Source: an uncultured Acidobacteriota bacterium (GTDB lineage: Bacteria; Acidobacteriota; Polarisedimenticolia; J045). From it: a stretch of 64,000 bases of DNA. The notes beneath the pieces were generated by a model. The model had not been told where the DNA came from and ran no database searches. It saw nothing but the letters and a program-made list of their open reading frames with translations. Positions within the stretch are counted from its first letter, which is position 1, and each line of letters starts with the position of its first letter. Location: assembly GCA_963702425.1 (NCBI GenBank), contig CAVPCQ010000012.1, positions 1 to 64,000 on the forward strand, in the 5' to 3' direction. A program made the position numbers and the translations under genes. Below are positions 19,392-28,659 of this stretch, piece by piece.

Positions 19392-21035
19392 TCATCCGGG
19401 TGGCGTAGCTCTCCCGGAGCGTCGCGGTCGTTGCATCTCAACCTGCCGCTTTAGCCGTAACTCAAGTCGAAGCACCTCGCGCTTGTCGAGCTGCAGCGTG
19501 ATCACGTTCCCCGTAACCCGAGCCGGCACCATCCGTACGTCATCTTTGATGCCAATGGCCTCGATGATCTCGATCTCGTCCGTTCCAGCAATCTCCAGCC
19601 CTGCAAGGCGCGTCCGGGTCGGGTAGGTCTCGTACACCTTGCGCGCAGCACCGAACAGCTCACGGTCGTTGGGGTCCTTTGACAGACCGGTCTGGATCGC
19701 TCGCTCGACCGCGAGCAATGACCCGTAGTCCTGGAATCGGGTCTCGGGAAAGCCGTTCTCGACGAGATTGGCTATTGCAGCGGCGGTCGGCGGATCAAAG
19801 CCGTTCTCCCACATCAGGATGAGATACTCGTCGTCCGCCTTCTTTGAAATGACCAGCTTGCGCTCTCCCTCCCTGGGAGCAGCCTCCTTCTCTCGAAGTA
19901 CCACGATGCCTTTGCTGTCTTGGGCTGCGGCGGCGAACGCGCCAAGCAGGTGATAGGCAGGCTTTCGCTCCCCTCCGTAGCGGACCATTCCGTAACCTTC
20001 GGAATCGGGATCGGGATGGAAGTTCTCCCAGGCGGCCACCGTCTGCAAGTCGACACCTGCCTCGCGGAACGAAACGAGCAGATCGGCCATTGCCGACGCC
20101 TGGTCCGCGGTGTTCCTGAGCAGATGGGGAACGTTCCACTCCGAGATCACGAGCTCGGGATTCTTGGTGTAGCCGTTGTCCCGGAACGCCGCTCTGAAGG
20201 CGGACGCCGCCTCGTGTACCACACGCGGGGAGGCGCTGAACGTGTGCCATGAGACAAAGTCGAGTGGGAGGTTTCGTTCTTTCGCGAAGCGGATCAGCGC
20301 GATATTGAACGAATCGCGATCCGACGGGTCGGCCTTGCCTTTCCAGCTATTTGTCGATGACCCGCCGACCTTCGCATCCGGATCGGCCTCCTTGACCGCC
20401 AAGGCTGTCTCCGCATAGATACGCAGATAGGCGTCGAGGTCGTCCTGCCAGTACTCCAGATCGGGCTCGTTCCAGACCTCATAGTACCTTTGCGCACCCT
20501 CGAACTGGCGATAGAACTCAACAAGTTCTCGCACCGCCAGCCTCCATTGGTCATAGTCGCGCGGCACGTGTGTATTCCGGCGCTTGTAGAAGCCCTCGAC
20601 TTGCCGGTTGTCGTTGGAACTGCTGAGCCAGTCGGGCATGAAGTCGATCGTGATGAGAAGCTTCTCATGCGTCTGGCTGGCCCACCGGGCGTAGGGAATC
20701 CGATTCCTCTCTCGGAGCCGTTCGCGAAAAGAACTCTGGCTCGTGGATCTCGACATCGGCCAGGAGAAAGCCGCGAACAGTCGGGCGGTGTAGTGGTCTC
20801 CGAGCTCGGTGTAGGCGCGCAGGCCTGCCGTTGTACGGGGGTTCAGGAAGACCGAGGGACGAAACAACTCGACATGATCGAGATCGTAGTCGATATTCTT
20901 CAGGTCCAATTTCGTGCGGATGCTGACGACCGCCGGCTTCGGAGTGTCGGGAGTGACGCGATCGGGGCGAGGGCGGGACGGTCCGAGAGCGCCCACCGCA
21001 GCGACTGCCACGAGAAGAAGCATGATCTGCCGCAT
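19392..21035 (-). CDS. Exported GH39-family (clan GH-A) glycoside hydrolase
   Basis: Signal/anchor MRQIMLLLVAVAAVGALG; acid/base YEVWNEPD, AKVGG, LDFVSWH, nucleophile region LVISEWN, RKPAY. Confidence 0.82.
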   Translation of the reverse strand: MRQIMLLLVAVAAVGALGPSRPRPDRVTPDTPKPAVVSIRTKLDLKNIDYDLDHVELFRPSVFLNPRTTAGLRAYTELGDHYTARLFAAFSWPMSRSTSQSSFRERLRERNRIPYARWASQTHEKLLITIDFMPDWLSSSNDNRQVEGFYKRRNTHVPRDYDQWRLAVRELVEFYRQFEGAQRYYEVWNEPDLEYWQDDLDAYLRIYAETALAVKEADPDAKVGGSSTNSWKGKADPSDRDSFNIALIRFAKERNLPLDFVSWHTFSASPRVVHEAASAFRAAFRDNGYTKNPELVISEWNVPHLLRNTADQASAMADLLVSFREAGVDLQTVAAWENFHPDPDSEGYGMVRYGGERKPAYHLLGAFAAAAQDSKGIVVLREKEAAPREGERKLVISKKADDEYLILMWENGFDPPTAAAIANLVENGFPETRFQDYGSLLAVERAIQTGLSKDPNDRELFGAARKVYETYPTRTRLAGLEIAGTDEIEIIEAIGIKDDVRMVPARVTGNVITLQLDKREVLRLELRLKRQVEMQRPRRSGRATPPG

Positions 21036-21196
21036 AGTCGGCCTCGTTCTATCGAACTCGAGCCGTGGCACCGCTCGATGGTGAGAGGAGCCGCTGACGT
21101 TCGCAGCTCCGGCAGCGAGCTTCTCTGAAAGAGAGTCGGAAGTTCATGTCGAAACTCACTCCTGCCCAAGGTCGGCTTTGAGGCTTGACGCCGAAC

Positions 21197-21445
21197 GATC
21201 GGCTCTCACGACCTCTTGAGCCTCGTTTCTCACGGGGATTCCCCCCTGGGATCCGGAGCTCGTGACGGAATGATCTTGCCTCAGCTTTGGTTCTTTCGCC
21301 TACCGGGTGGCCGATGCTGCAGGCGTTGCTGGTGAAGCGATCGATCGTGCTCCGGGCGCGGATGGGGTCGCCGAAGGTGGCGAGCCGCTCTTCGGGCCGC
21401 GGTTGCTCGTAACGAAGCCCGAGCCGGCGCGGGCGGCACGGCCTC
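21197..21445 (-). mobile_element. Degenerate IS21-family remnant (istB fragment plus right end)
   Basis: Minus strand reads RAGSGFVTSNRGP / EERLATFGDPIRARSTIDRFTSNA across one frameshift (IstB C-terminal motif), followed by the end-type repeats GTGAGAAACGAGG...CGTGAGAGCCGA. Confidence 0.6.
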
Positions 21446-21767
21446 GCTCGGTCCTTCCGACTGAACGCCGGGAGAAGACCGCTTTCGGCCCCCCTTCGCC
21501 TGCCGAAAGGTCGTTTGAGCGCCCGTCTTTTCGACAGGGTCGAGGTGCTCGGACCCGGCAATCGACAGCCGTCGGGCGAGGCACGGGCGTCGTTGAACCG
21601 CACGTCGTGAGGTTGGGCGCTCGCATTCGTAGTATGGCGCTCTCTCGAAGGTCCGGCGGCAAGCCGCAACGCCCCCCACTCCCGCGCACTCCGGAATGCG
21701 AGTAGACGCTACCAAACAATTCCCGGGACCACTCTCAGCCGCACCACGCAGTATCCGGGGCTCACCC

Positions 21768-22706
21768 CTAGAAAAACGAAGTCGGCACGAACACGACGTC
21801 GTCACCCTTCAGCAGCTCGTCGCGGATTTCACCCGATATGACGTCGTGCAAGTTGATTTCATGGTCGATACGCACAGCGTCCTCACCGAGTCTGATCACC
21901 TTGATTCTCGTCACCAAGGCCCGCTCGGTCGTTCCGCCGGCCATCGTAATCGCCTTGAGCAGCGTAATGGGCTCGTCTTCACGGACCTCGTACAGGTTGG
22001 GATTCCGAACGGAACCGCCGACGAAGATCCGCATCCGCCCGACAGTCGGCACGTGAACCAGGTCGCCGGGGAGAAGAGCGAGGTTGGCTCCCATCTCGAC
22101 TGCCCGCAGCAGGCGCTCGGAGTTGATAGACACTCGGATGCGTGAACCGTCATCCTGCTTGCGGAAGATGACGATCTCCGTGCCGAAGTCGTCGAGTAGT
22201 CCGCCAGCCGCGGAGAGAACCTCGAGCAAAGTCCGCGACCTGGGCATGTCATAGCTGCCCGGCGCTCGGACGGCACCGCTCACCGAGATCCGTTTCGACA
22301 CCGCCTCTCTGACAAACACAGTCGCTTGAGCACCCTTGAGGTAATTCTCATCCAGGATCCGCGAGAGCTCTGCCTCGAGCGCGGACTTCGCCATGCCGTC
22401 AACATGGAGTCGGCCGACGAGCGGCAAGGAGATGTTCCCATCCTCTTCGACGCGGACCACCTGGTTCAGCTCGGCAAGGTCGAAGACGCGAACCTCGAGC
22501 AAGTCCTGCTGGCCGATGACGTAATCCGGAAGACTGCCCGTAACTACGGTGGGTTCGCCTTTGTCGGCGGCGACTCGCCCGACTGCCACCTCGGGCTTTG
22601 TTGCCGAATGGACTCCCTGCTCCATGGCAGCGGTCGTGGAGAGCGTAAGGACTCCGACCACCAAGGCGGATGCGACGAGTGACCACGAGAAGCTACGAAG
22701 GTGCAT
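21768..22706 (-). CDS. Polysaccharide export protein (Wza/Poly_export with SLBB domains)
   Basis: DYVIGQQDLLEVRVF, VEEDGNISLPLVG, SGAVRAPG, AAGG, GDLVHVP, GDDVVFVP; signal peptide. Confidence 0.92.
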   Translation of the reverse strand: MHLRSFSWSLVASALVVGVLTLSTTAAMEQGVHSATKPEVAVGRVAADKGEPTVVTGSLPDYVIGQQDLLEVRVFDLAELNQVVRVEEDGNISLPLVGRLHVDGMAKSALEAELSRILDENYLKGAQATVFVREAVSKRISVSGAVRAPGSYDMPRSRTLLEVLSAAGGLLDDFGTEIVIFRKQDDGSRIRVSINSERLLRAVEMGANLALLPGDLVHVPTVGRMRIFVGGSVRNPNLYEVREDEPITLLKAITMAGGTTERALVTRIKVIRLGEDAVRIDHEINLHDVISGEIRDELLKGDDVVFVPTSFF

Positions 22707-23010
22707 GTTGTCGTCCAGTTCGTTGCGTTCCGTTCTCCCGGGAGTTCACCACGAGACTCGCCGGGGGCGCAGCAGAGGATACACCCCTTCTCGCGAGAGG
22801 GGGAACGGCTGGTCGCAGACCCTCAGCAGGCGCAAGTTGTAAGGCTACTCCGGAGTCTTCGGTGGACCGCTCCCGCCGCGCCAGTCGGACCCGACGGCAG
22901 CGGCAGTCCTTGATTCGGTGCACTGACTTCGAGGACTCGCGGACGGCCTGACCCGCCTCCCGAGCGGTCTGCGGATTCGCGCGCTCGGCGGCTCGGCGAC
23001 CCGAAACCGC

Positions 23011-23140
23011 TCAGGCAACCGCGTCCGGGGTGCCGCGTTCGATCGCCGGACACAGGGGCGCGCCGGCGAGGTGCTCCTTCCATGGCCGCGACGTGAGCCG
23101 CGCCACCTCGCGCAGCTGCTGGTGACGGCCAGGTACGGTC
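23011..23140 (-). mobile_element. Degenerate IS66 transposase C-terminal remnant
   Basis: REVARLTSRPWKEHLAGAPL resembles the IS66 TnpC tail (VAxLTPRLWKxHFAxxPL; recalled similarity); short and decayed. Confidence 0.4.
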
Positions 23141-23590
23141 TGGGCGCCGCCGAAACCGCCAGCCTCCGGCGCTAAACTTGGATTGGCGCGACGAATCGAG
23201 CCGCTGAACTGTGCCGCGTCCTGCAAGCCCGCGATGCGATCCTGCCGCTGTGAGGCGACAGTCCGACCCTGATCGTACCGGGCCGCTTCGATTCGCATCG
23301 GTCACCTCGGGAGGCATTGTTGCCTGATTGAGGTCGTCCAGGAGCCAAGTAGGCCCAGGGACGCCGGATGACACCCGCTGAGAAGCGACGCATCTCCACC
23401 AGTGGCCCAGCAGCGGGCGAATCGGCACCCATGAGAGCGGGGAGCTCTGCCTGTTCGTGATGGCGGGGGCGGCGAAGGTCTATGATTGCGAGCGCTCTCG
23501 AATCAGAGTCTGCGAGAAACTCGACGCTGAGAGGTAGAGCAGCTTACGGGATGTTGAAGAACAGTAGACTCGGCGAAAGGACCCTATTCC

Positions 23591-23905
23591 ATGGCCTCGA
23601 TCGTCAACATCGACACCCAAGTAGTCGCGGCCCAGCGTCTCGTCTCATCCGATGTCGGTGGCCAAACTGTCGTTCTTGGGATCGAAACCGGTAAGTACTA
23701 CAGTCTCAATGAGATAGGCAGCAGGATCTGGGGTTTCCTTCAGCAGCCGCGGACAATCGGGGAGGTCCGAGATCTGACAGTCTCGGAGTATGCGGTCGAC
23801 GCTGCCCAGTGCGAAGCAGACCTGCTGGCGCTCTTTGAGCGGTTGGCGGACGAGAAGCTGATCGAGGTAATCGAAGGCCGCGATATGGCGGATAGTCCCC
23901 GGTGA
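23591..23905 (+). CDS. PqqD-family RiPP recognition element (lasso B1-like)
   Basis: SSDVGGQTVVLGIETGKYYSLNEIGSRIWGFLQQPRTIGEV...EYAVD...DLLALFERLADEKLI is a classic PqqD/RRE pattern. Confidence 0.92.
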   Translation: MASIVNIDTQVVAAQRLVSSDVGGQTVVLGIETGKYYSLNEIGSRIWGFLQQPRTIGEVRDLTVSEYAVDAAQCEADLLALFERLADEKLIEVIEGRDMADSPR

Positions 23906-24039
23906 CCAGCCGGGGAACTTGGCGCTCATCATCAAGTTGGCGAGGCGACGGTTGATTCCCCTGGCGGGATGAGAGTATGCTCATGCCGATTCATGGCGGT
24001 TCGCGGCTTTGGGCTGCCGGTGCAACCTTGGAGGTGGCG

Positions 24040-24222
24040 ATGTCTGATCGGGTGAGGTTCGGCCCTGCGGATCTGAAGACTTACTCCACCCCGAGCCTAG
24101 TTTGTCACGGCTTGGTGGCAGACTTGACCAAGTTCCCGACGCGCGGGAGTGTTACGGTGATCGGGAACACCGGTGGCCCGTGGGTTCTCCCGGACGGCAC
24201 CATTATTACTAACCCTTCTTGA
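24040..24222 (+). CDS. Lasso-type RiPP precursor peptide (60 aa), non-canonical core ending in Ser
   Basis: GGAGG RBS at 24030; leader motif YSTPSLVCHGLVADLT (YxxPxLxxxGxxxxLT); located between the RRE and the kinase; predicted core FPTRGSVTVIGNTGGPWVLPDGTIITNPS. Confidence 0.8.
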   Translation: MSDRVRFGPADLKTYSTPSLVCHGLVADLTKFPTRGSVTVIGNTGGPWVLPDGTIITNPS

Positions 24223-24244
24223 ACGGGACCGAGATACGGCGTGC

Positions 24245-25183
24245 ATGCCCGAACGGTGCTATCGCGCGTTCGGGTTGAATATTTGCAGTGAGTTGACGCT
24301 TTCGGAGTTACCGTCAAGTTCGTCGGAGTGCCGCGATCTCGTTGTCGTTCGCGGGCGATTGTCTCCTCCGGCCGGATCACCTGACCGACCTTCCTGCTGG
24401 ACTGAGGAGTCGGCGGTGCGGCTTTATTGGCCTACTGTCGGCTCGTTCGCTATCCGGGACGGACGGGAAGTGATTTTGGATCCCCTTCCCGGCGCGGATC
24501 CGGAATGGGTTCGCCTGTTCCTGTTGGGGGCGGTAATAGGAGTTGCGCTTCATCAGCGCCGGCTGGCCGTGCTCCACGCGAGTGCTGTAAGCGTAGATGG
24601 GTCGGCCGTGGCATTCGTCGCCTTCAAGGGCTGGGGCAAGTCGACGACTGCCGCCGCCCTGGAGGCAAGGGGGCACCGGCTACTGACCGACGACGTTCTG
24701 GCGTTGCAACTCGCCGGCAGGGGTCGCCCACCGTTGGCTTGGCCGTCGTTCCCGCAGATGAAACTCCCGCCCGATGCCGTGGAGGCTCTCGGCGAAGACC
24801 CGAGCGCGCTCGAGAAGATCCTGCCCGGTTTCGAAAAGCTACGTCGACCCCCGCTCGGCGCGTTCAACGAAGACGCGGTTCCACTGCGGTGCCTCTACCT
24901 GCTCCAGCCGGGGGACGAACCGAGCATCAATCCGCTCTCGAAGGTCGAGGCCGTCCTCGAACTGTTGTGCCACTCGCATTTCCGGCGGTTTGGGCCGGAT
25001 GTCGCCGGGCCGGAGGAGCCCGCGATGTTCGAGCGCTGCGCAGAAATCGCGAACCAGGTTCCAATGTTCAGCTTCCGGCGCCCCCGGGAGGTGGAGCGGA
25101 TCGACGAGCTTGCCCGCCAGCTCGAGGACCACGTGCGTTCTGTCGTTGCGCAGCCGGAGGCCCAGGCGACGGAGCGTTCGTGA
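24245..25183 (+). CDS. HPr kinase-like peptide kinase (PadeK/ThcoK-type)
   Basis: YRAFGLNICSEL start, LHASAV, Walker A GWGKSTT, LLTDDV, PSFPQMKL; directly follows the precursor. Confidence 0.88.
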   Translation: MPERCYRAFGLNICSELTLSELPSSSSECRDLVVVRGRLSPPAGSPDRPSCWTEESAVRLYWPTVGSFAIRDGREVILDPLPGADPEWVRLFLLGAVIGVALHQRRLAVLHASAVSVDGSAVAFVAFKGWGKSTTAAALEARGHRLLTDDVLALQLAGRGRPPLAWPSFPQMKLPPDAVEALGEDPSALEKILPGFEKLRRPPLGAFNEDAVPLRCLYLLQPGDEPSINPLSKVEAVLELLCHSHFRRFGPDVAGPEEPAMFERCAEIANQVPMFSFRRPREVERIDELARQLEDHVRSVVAQPEAQATERS

Positions 25184-26372
25184 AACGGTGCGTTCCCCCT
25201 GTTTGACGCCCACTCCGCATCAACAGCACTCGGCCGGCCAGTCGACTGGCCTCACACGCGAGCGCGGTGGCACGACCGAATGCGAGCCGTGCCCGGCGCT
25301 TTCGGCTCGGGAGATGTCCCGGCTGATGCCCCATCTCGAGTAACTCCGCTTCGTTCACGCTGAGATAGCGGCGCAGACTCTTGAGCGCCGCGCCGGGTCG
25401 AGGAGCGCACAGCGAGCGGATCAACTCCCTGTGGAACCTCCTCGGATCGCTGACGAAGCCCACCAGCGACTCCGCCGGGCCCAGTGCTTCCAGAGACCGG
25501 CGGACGAGCGGTCTCGGCCGCAGCGACGCTTCCAGCTCGTCCGGTACGACCGTGCCGGTCAGCTCTCGCTGCAGGCGGAGCATCATCCATAGCGCCGTAG
25601 CCAGACCCTGCAGGTGTGCGAGCTGCTCCAACTGACTCACCAAGATCCCACGCCTCAGCAGAAGGGCGGCATCGACCAGCCGCCGGGGATCGCCGAAGCG
25701 CTCGGACATCGCCTGGTGCGACGCATGCAATAGCTGATCCTCTGGCGCGAAAGCGAGGACCGGATGGCCGGCAAGCTCGAGTCTGATCGAGCGATCGACG
25801 CAGCCATCGAGGTCAAAGCGCACGAAGTCGTCCACCCGCGCCACGTCCCAGTGAAGTTCTAGTCGGACTCCCGACGGACTGAGCAAGACGAGGTGGTAGT
25901 GATAACGCTGGTAAAAGAGGTCAGGGATTCTGCCGTCCTGATGCGTGTAGCCAAGGGACTCGAGCAGCGAGCGCGTCCGAGCGAGATCCTCTCGTCGAAC
26001 GAGAATGTCGAGATCGACGCTGAACCTCTCGTCAGCTGAAGGATAGACAGTCAGCGCCAGCGCTGGGCCTTTGAGCAAGATCCAACGAACGCCATCGGTT
26101 CCGCCGAGACGAACTGCGATGCGGCTGAGTTCCAGCCATGAGGCCAGCGTATGGCGCCGCGCTTCCTGATCCGCCTCGCAGATCATCCGCTTGGCGTCGT
26201 CAGGCGCGTCACTCTTCGACAGCAGACCGGCCAGCGTGCTGGTCAACTTTCGTTCGCGCATCAGCGCGGCTAGCCGGTACCAGTCCAACGGAGTCGCGAC
26301 CGGGGGCGCGGCATTCGCTTGCGCGACGTAGGCGTGAAGCAGCCGGATGAGGTAAGATGACTCAGCCGACAT
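25068..26372 (-). CDS. Nucleotidyltransferase family protein (NTP_transf_5)
   Basis: LLKGPALA..YP...RFSVDLDILV, LELHW, EDQLLH, LVD motifs. Confidence 0.88.
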   Translation of the reverse strand: MSAESSYLIRLLHAYVAQANAAPPVATPLDWYRLAALMRERKLTSTLAGLLSKSDAPDDAKRMICEADQEARRHTLASWLELSRIAVRLGGTDGVRWILLKGPALALTVYPSADERFSVDLDILVRREDLARTRSLLESLGYTHQDGRIPDLFYQRYHYHLVLLSPSGVRLELHWDVARVDDFVRFDLDGCVDRSIRLELAGHPVLAFAPEDQLLHASHQAMSERFGDPRRLVDAALLLRRGILVSQLEQLAHLQGLATALWMMLRLQRELTGTVVPDELEASLRPRPLVRRSLEALGPAESLVGFVSDPRRFHRELIRSLCAPRPGAALKSLRRYLSVNEAELLEMGHQPGHLPSRKRRARLAFGRATALACEASRLAGRVLLMRSGRQTGGTHRFTNAPSPGPPAAQRQNARGPRAGGQARRSAPPPGGAGS

Positions 26373-26435
26373 GACGACCCTTCACAACGCAGCGGACGCT
26401 GAACGCCGCGCGCCGCTCGCAAGTCGACGCCCACG

Positions 26436-26927
26436 ATGTCTGCATTGACCCGCTTCCTGTGCATGAGCAGGCCGGAGCGCCTGCTCATACTGAGGGTTGC
26501 TGCTCTTCAGTGTGCCATCCGCCTTGCGCTGCGTCTGATCCCCTTCCGACGTGTCATCGCGGCGGTGAACCGACAGTCGAACAGTCGTATCCGCGGCCGG
26601 GCCCGGACGCGCTTCACACCCGAGCAACTCGCCCGGGCCGTCTCGATGACCAGCGGCCGGCTGTTCCGCGACGCACCCTGCTTGACGCAGGCCTTCGCGG
26701 TCAAGGTGTTGTACTGCCGGCGAGGACTTCCCGCAAGCGTCCGCATCGGGGTTCGTCGCCTGCCGGAATCCGGATTCGAGGCTCACGCTTGGGTGGAAAG
26801 CGGTGGATGCGTCGTCATCGGCTTCCTCGAGGACCTTTCCACGTTCGAGGTGCTACCTGAACTCGAAAGCTGGGACCCGCGCCCAGGAAGCCGAAACAAA
26901 AGAAAAAGTGGCGTACCGTCCTGCTAG
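26436..26927 (+). CDS. Lasso peptide B2 protein (transglutaminase-like leader peptidase)
   Basis: PCLTQAFA (catalytic Cys), VRIGV, FEAHAWVE (catalytic His). Confidence 0.9.
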   Translation: MSALTRFLCMSRPERLLILRVAALQCAIRLALRLIPFRRVIAAVNRQSNSRIRGRARTRFTPEQLARAVSMTSGRLFRDAPCLTQAFAVKVLYCRRGLPASVRIGVRRLPESGFEAHAWVESGGCVVIGFLEDLSTFEVLPELESWDPRPGSRNKRKSGVPSC

Positions 26928-26958
26928 ACAGTATCCGCGCCGAACCCCGGATGCGCCC

Positions 26959-28119
26959 CTATGGACGTCGTGCCGGCTGCTGTTCATCAAGCACGCGCCT
27001 GTAGACGCTCAGCGTTTCCTCCGCGCAGCGCCTCCAGGAGAACGCCTCTACGCGGCGAAACCCTCTCGCGATCAATCTCGATCGGAGTACCGGGTCGCCG
27101 GCGAGGCGGTGGCAGGCCTCGGCGATGTCGGTAACCGAGCGTGGATCCACGAGCAGCGCCGCGTCCCCAGCGATTTCCGGCAGCGCCGACGTGTCGGAGG
27201 TGACGACAGGCGTACCGCAGGCAAACGCTTCCAGCAGCGGAAATCCGAAGCTCTCGTGTAAGGAGGGAAACACGAGCGCCGTGGCGCCGGCATACAACCC
27301 CGGCAGCTCCGGCGCCTCCACGTAGTCAAGCAGGCGGACCCAGTCGCGGCTGCCATAGCTGTCCCAATAGCGGTAGAAGTCGCGATAGCGCGCGTCGGTG
27401 CGGGCGACCGCCACGAGGTGGTGCGACCAGCCGGGCTGCCGGCGCAGCATGTCGAAGGCCTCGAGCACGCGCATGAGGTTCTTGCCGGGATTGACGGTAC
27501 CCACGTAGAGGAAGTACGGGTATGCAAGGGCGAAGGCAGCGCACGCGCGCTGGCGATCGGCGTCGGGCACGGGGCCGAACGGCGCGCCCACGCCGTGGTA
27601 GATCACCGTGACCTTCTCGAGCGGAGTGCGCGGGTGGAAACGCAAGATGTCCCGCCGCCCCGCCTCCGAGACCGCGATGACTCGACGGGCGTACCGCACC
27701 GCATAGGCGTTCATGAGCCTGTAGTACAGGGGCGCGATTCGGCCGCGCAGACCGCGCTGGTATGGCAGCCGGCGCGGATCGACACGGGGCGCCTGGTCGT
27801 GGATAGTGACCACGAACGGGCACACGCGCCACACCGGTGACGGAAAGGAGGTGGCGTGCCAGAGATCGACCCGGTGGCGGTGCGCGGCGCGCGGGATACT
27901 GACCTGCGCGGACGGGCTGTGCAACGATCCGGACAGGCGCACCTGCCGCACGCGATCCGACCACAGGTCCGCGAAGGGGTCGGTGCCATGCCGCTCGTCT
28001 TCACCCGTGAAGACGTAGTAGGTCGACTCGCGATCCACCGTCGCGAGCTGACGCACCAGCTCCACCGTGTAGCGACCTATGCCATGTACCAGAAAACGGG
28101 CATCTATTCCGATTCTCAT
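26959..28119 (-). CDS. GT4-family glycosyltransferase
   Basis: MRIGIDAR, GIGRY, VVTIHD, YVGTVNPGKN, FPSLHESFGFPLLEAFACGTP, FSWRRCAEETL. Confidence 0.93.
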   Translation of the reverse strand: MRIGIDARFLVHGIGRYTVELVRQLATVDRESTYYVFTGEDERHGTDPFADLWSDRVRQVRLSGSLHSPSAQVSIPRAAHRHRVDLWHATSFPSPVWRVCPFVVTIHDQAPRVDPRRLPYQRGLRGRIAPLYYRLMNAYAVRYARRVIAVSEAGRRDILRFHPRTPLEKVTVIYHGVGAPFGPVPDADRQRACAAFALAYPYFLYVGTVNPGKNLMRVLEAFDMLRRQPGWSHHLVAVARTDARYRDFYRYWDSYGSRDWVRLLDYVEAPELPGLYAGATALVFPSLHESFGFPLLEAFACGTPVVTSDTSALPEIAGDAALLVDPRSVTDIAEACHRLAGDPVLRSRLIARGFRRVEAFSWRRCAEETLSVYRRVLDEQQPARRP

Positions 28120-28659
28120 GTTGTGGGCTGATTCTCGCACAGACGGGCGGGCATCGCCACGGTCGCACGCGCTGCCGTGATGGTCTACCCCACCGGAATC
28201 CTCTCCACGCGGCCGACGATCTGCGGTCCGCGGCAGAGAGACCCTGCTTGATGCCGATAGCGGGGCCGGCACGGTGAGTCCTGCCCAGCAGCAATTGCGT
28301 AGCATCCATGCGCGGGGATGAGTCGCGGCATTCACCTTCAGCGTGGTGAGTGAGCCGTGCCGCTCGGAGATCGCCAATTGCGTCGCGGTAGGGCTGACCA
28401 ACAGACACGGCACCAGGCAACGGCGGCTCACTCAGGGCGCCCGGGAGCGGTCTTGATCCGGGCTTGGCAGCACGGTATCCATGTGTCACACTATCTTCCT
28501 ACCGCTGCAGCCGCAGGCTGGCCGACCTAGCGCCCACCCGGTGTCGGAGACGCACATGGCATTCCGCCTCTGCCGAGAACGCGGCGCTGTACGCCTTGGC
28601 CGGAAGCGACGCGCTTCCTGTGTTGCGCCGTACCGTCGGAAACTCGAACCGGCATCAGC

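Noticed and set aside
19091-19400. tRNA/integrase attachment site at the island edge
   Set aside because: No tRNA cloverleaf, integrase or direct repeat was recognisable.
24040-24222. Canonical class II lasso peptide
   Set aside because: No Asp/Glu at core positions 7-9 and no cyclase in the window; reported instead as a non-canonical RiPP.
28120-28659. N-terminal extension of the GT4 (ORF from 28431) or an extra small gene
   Set aside because: The conserved GT4 start is MRIGIDAR at 28119; the upstream part shows no motif or coding bias and is likely a divergent promoter region.
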